A stretch of 64,000 nt of DNA from Amoebophrya sp. A120 (Eukaryota > Protista > Dinoflagellata), in contig CAJINV010000021.1 of the NCBI GenBank assembly GCA_905178155.1, forward strand, positions 411,760 through 475,759. Reading direction: 5' to 3'. The translations under genes and the position numbers were made by a program. This document shows, piece by piece, positions 60,901-64,000 of the stretch (positions within the stretch are counted from its first letter, which is position 1; each line of letters begins with the position of its first letter). The notes under the pieces were generated by a model, which did no database searches, was not told the origin of the DNA, and saw only the letters and a list, made by a program, of their open reading frames with translations.

Positions 60901-63308
60901 ATGGTCGATCTTTCCGTCGGCAACCGCGGGTACCTGGTAAGACATTGATGTTTCTGTTTATATCATGATGAGAATGTGACGCGAGCCTGGACGCTGATCT
61001 TCCCGGACCGGATAGCGAGACGTAGGCGGAGGACTTTTAGCACGTTTGGAGGCGGAGGACTTGGAGGACACCAACAGGGCTGCTTCCTCCACGGGACTTC
61101 TGCGAAAGGGAGGGAATTTTTTCAATTTTCCGGTTTCCGGGAAATTTCCGCTTAGTAGCGATTTTGTGCGACACGCGAAATTTCGCGGACGCGACCAAGG
61201 GCGCAAAGTGGTCTGTGAAGGGGGATAAGGATATCCAAAAAAAAATGTTAACATTAACATTTTCACTAGTCAAATTTTTGTCATGTTTTTGTGTGATTTT
61301 TTTTTGTATTTTTTCATGCCAAGTAATGAACTACTGTAGCTACTCGAAATAGAACCCATGGGCAGCTAGCTACAGCTAGACTTCTATGTTATTGTTGAGA
61401 GCTAGCTAGGCTAAGGTGTGCCGGCGCGGCGGACGTGAAGGAAAACAAGGCGGCCGAGGTGGCGGCCAGAGGTGCGGGGAGACTGGGAAACAAGGCGGCC
61501 GAGTTGGCGGCTGGAATGAGCCTGCTGAAGGCCTTGGGGCAGTGTGCTCGTTTTTCCTCCGTGCTATCATGCACCATCATAATCGTACTGCCTTCATCGC
61601 AGCCCAGTCTTCAGCTGCTCTTCTTGACTCTAGGGCAGACCGGGGCCAGAGGTGGCCCAGCTTTTGCCTTTCGCCGTTGACCCCAGCGACAGAGAAAAAA
61701 GGCAGTTTTTTTGAGCTTTGGGCCAAAAATTGGCGCTCAAGCAAAATCGCAAATTCCCGTGCGAAAATGCAGATTTTCAGGCAAATGTTAACATTTCGGG
61801 CTACGTCCAGATTCCCGCGCAGAAATGCAAGATTTTGGGCAAGTGTTAACATTGGTCTGCAAATTTGCTCAAAAAATGCTCAAAAGTTGCCATCTTTTTT
61901 GCGCAAATGTTAACATCCGGCTCCGGAACGTCCCCGAATGTTAACATTCCCAAAAATGAGCGCTTCCCTGCATTACAAATTGAACATTTTGAATTTATAA
62001 AAGGTGGCAACCCGATCTCCATGGTCGCGACCCGTTGGTGGGCCGACCACATCATCAACCAGACGAAGGCCCGGAACCAGCTGGATTGCTTTCGAGCATT
62101 AGTTGCAAACGAGCAGCGCCACTACCTACGCGCGCACGAAGGCCCACGCACGTCCTCGATGTAGCAGGACGGATCCCGAGACCTTAGCCTAGTTAGATCA
62201 AAACATAAGCTACAGCATTTAGCTTGTTGTCCGTGGGTTCATATGCATAGTATCGCGCATTCAGCGCAATTCCAATGCAAAAAATGATTTTTTTTTGTCA
62301 AAAAACGCATTGAAATTTTGACTAGTGAAAATGTTAATGTTAACATTTTTTTGTTGAATAAAGGAGACTTACGAGACGGCGAAGCAGCTCTTCGGAGCAG
62401 GAACGTCCGCCACAACCAGCACTAGCCTGCTTCCATCCGACGAGGCCGCCTTGTGCCAGGATCTTTTTGACATCAAATTCGACGTGGAGCGGAATTTGAA
62501 CCTCGGTGTGTCGGCTTTGCTGGGCGGGGACTACAAGCAGTTTTCTACCCCGTGTAAAAACGTCCCCACCTTCCCAGAGTCAAATTCTTATGGACTTTGC
62601 GAACACAAACCTAGAAGTTTTGGGAGTCACGCATGATAACTTGCAGTTCGTAGCGTAGTTCAGGTTAACAAGGTCAAGGACAGCCGCGTCACAAATCCAT
62701 CCGCTCGCCTCCCTGTTGATCACATTCACAGCATTACAAATTATGCCAAAACTCGTCTAGAGGACACGCCTCTCTTGTTGGGGATGCGCAATCCCCATGA
62801 CGACTTTGGGCTGGGAACGTTTTTACTCAGGATATTTTCCTATCGCAGTGACACCCTCTCCGTCGGATACGCGACCTTCCCGATCCAGCTGGTTTCCGTT
62901 TTGCAAAAGTTCGATTTAGAAAAAACACTACTGCCTGAAATGAAGGATTTCTGCGAATCAAGAAAAGTGTCCCTGCTCGTGATCCTCAGTTCGGACCGAA
63001 ACATGTTGAAACACTTCGGCGTAGGCGTTTTCTGCAACGAGGAAACAGCGGGAAGCGAGGCAAGAAACCTGGCGCTCTCGGCCTTCAACGCGATCGTCAC
63101 GTCTTCCGCGACGGATGCGTCTGGGAGTTTGAAAGAGGAGATGGGACTTGTGCCCATCGAGCCGACGGGGGCTAGCGCAACGTCAATATTTCGGGTGTAC
63201 GAGCAGCGGAGGGCGGAAAAGTCGCGGAAACAAGTCGAGCCCTTGATTCGCCAGCTGCTGAATTCCATATCGAGTAGTCCTGGGATGACAACCATTGACG
63301 GCAATTGA
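57906..63308 (+). CDS. DHH-family exopolyphosphatase (PPX1/prune-like) interrupted by an exon duplication with insert and three introners
   Basis: VMGNTSCDLDS, LVDHN, VDHH, VGSCSSL, GAILCDT, DYKQF, SRKQVEP; KGDK/ETY and KQF/SYR junctions are in frame. Confidence 0.88.
58624..61202. repeat. Triplicated PPX exon segment (58624-58730; ~58743-58824; 60127-60193 + 61163-61202) around insert 58825-60126
   Basis: Repeated ...FSELFSLLSGAILCDTRNFADATKG coding sequence. Confidence 0.9.
60194..61157. mobile_element. Long (964 bp) TIR introner, TSD gcgat
   Basis: ~50-bp TIR tactaagtggaaatttcccggaaaccggaaaattgaaaaaa; splits GAI/LCDT. Confidence 0.92.
61232..62360. mobile_element. Long (1129 bp) TIR introner with family B-like TIRs, TSD aagga
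   Basis: aaaaaaatgttaacattaacattttcactagtcaaa and its reverse complement at ~62317-62352. Confidence 0.9.
62546..62834. mobile_element. Introner family D (interior inverted relative to 15695-15978), TSD ttttc
   Basis: taccccgtgtaaaaacgt/acgtttttactcaggata. Confidence 0.9.
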
Positions 63309-64000
63309 GAGACTTTTGACACGGTTTTGCTAAAAAACGTATAAAAATCGTGCAACTACAACGAAGAATTACATACTAGAAAATGAAAAAGATCCGTCGA
63401 TCAACTGCAGAACGAATTCCACCAAGCCTATTTCTTCTATTCGCAAGAACAGTTGTATGTTCTTTGTTGATCATGGTCGGAGGAGTGTACAGTAGTAGAC
63501 CCTGTAGCACGAAGATGAAAAAACTGCCTTTATTTCAGACGCTAGATGAAGATCCGAAAGGAGAAACATCACGCACATGATCTCTACTTCTTGAAGATGT
63601 TGCTCATCTTTTTTTGGCCTCCATGCCTCCTGATCCTGTCCTGCTGATCCCGATCAAACTTTTAGTTCGGATCTTCATCTTCGGTTTCTTGCTCGTAACC
63701 GTTCTTCAAAAGCACCACACCTCCGAAAGCATCACTTGTTTGAAAACAAGTCCCGGCTTATTATGTTGTGATGTGCCGGTGAGTATATTTTCCTTTTCGT
63801 CAGATGTTCGCTTTTTGCCGGTTTTTGCGGTTCATACGACCTGTGAGGGTGGATGAAGTAGAAGTTCACACAAAATAGGAATAAACGCATCACCAAATAA
63901 ACAATGAGTTCGTCGTCATCTAAAAGTCTTGCCGCTGGTTCCAACGTGCGCTGCAAAAGTGGTAATGCAACGACGTGCAGGACCCTTTCGCAACAATTTC

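Noticed and set aside
1-64000. tRNA/rRNA genes and wholesale stop-codon reassignment
   Set aside because: No RNA gene was recognised; conserved genes end at TGA or TAG at the expected positions and contain no internal stops after splicing.

Overview
Eukaryotic, gene-dense DNA with about 15 protein-coding genes, all on the + strand. The architecture most resembles the parasitic dinoflagellate Amoebophrya (Syndiniales); this is inferred from intron style and unidirectional gene order, not from a database hit. The ORF track is fragmented because coding exons are interrupted by 31 small elements (30 complete, mostly 143-329 bp, two about 1 kb). They have terminal inverted repeats (TIRs), mostly TA...TA ends and a 5-bp target-site duplication (TSD). 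Removing each element plus one TSD copy restores the reading frame and conserved motifs, and only 2 of 30 offer a GT-AG register, so they behave as non-canonical, transposon-derived introns (introners). They coexist with 8 ordinary GT-AG introns. Recognisable products are two GT29 sialyltransferase-like paralogues, a TSP1-repeat protein, a YghU-like GST, PP2C, M17 leucyl aminopeptidase, a VPS9 protein, a Ser/Thr kinase and a DHH exopolyphosphatase. Other oddities: a GCATNACAA motif shared across element families, TIR tips that follow host transcription while the interiors are inverted, GC-rich 0.7-1.4 kb inserts flanked by 35-107 bp exon duplications, four in-frame TGA codons and a perfect 311-bp palindrome. 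All alignments were done by eye, and no transcript data are available.
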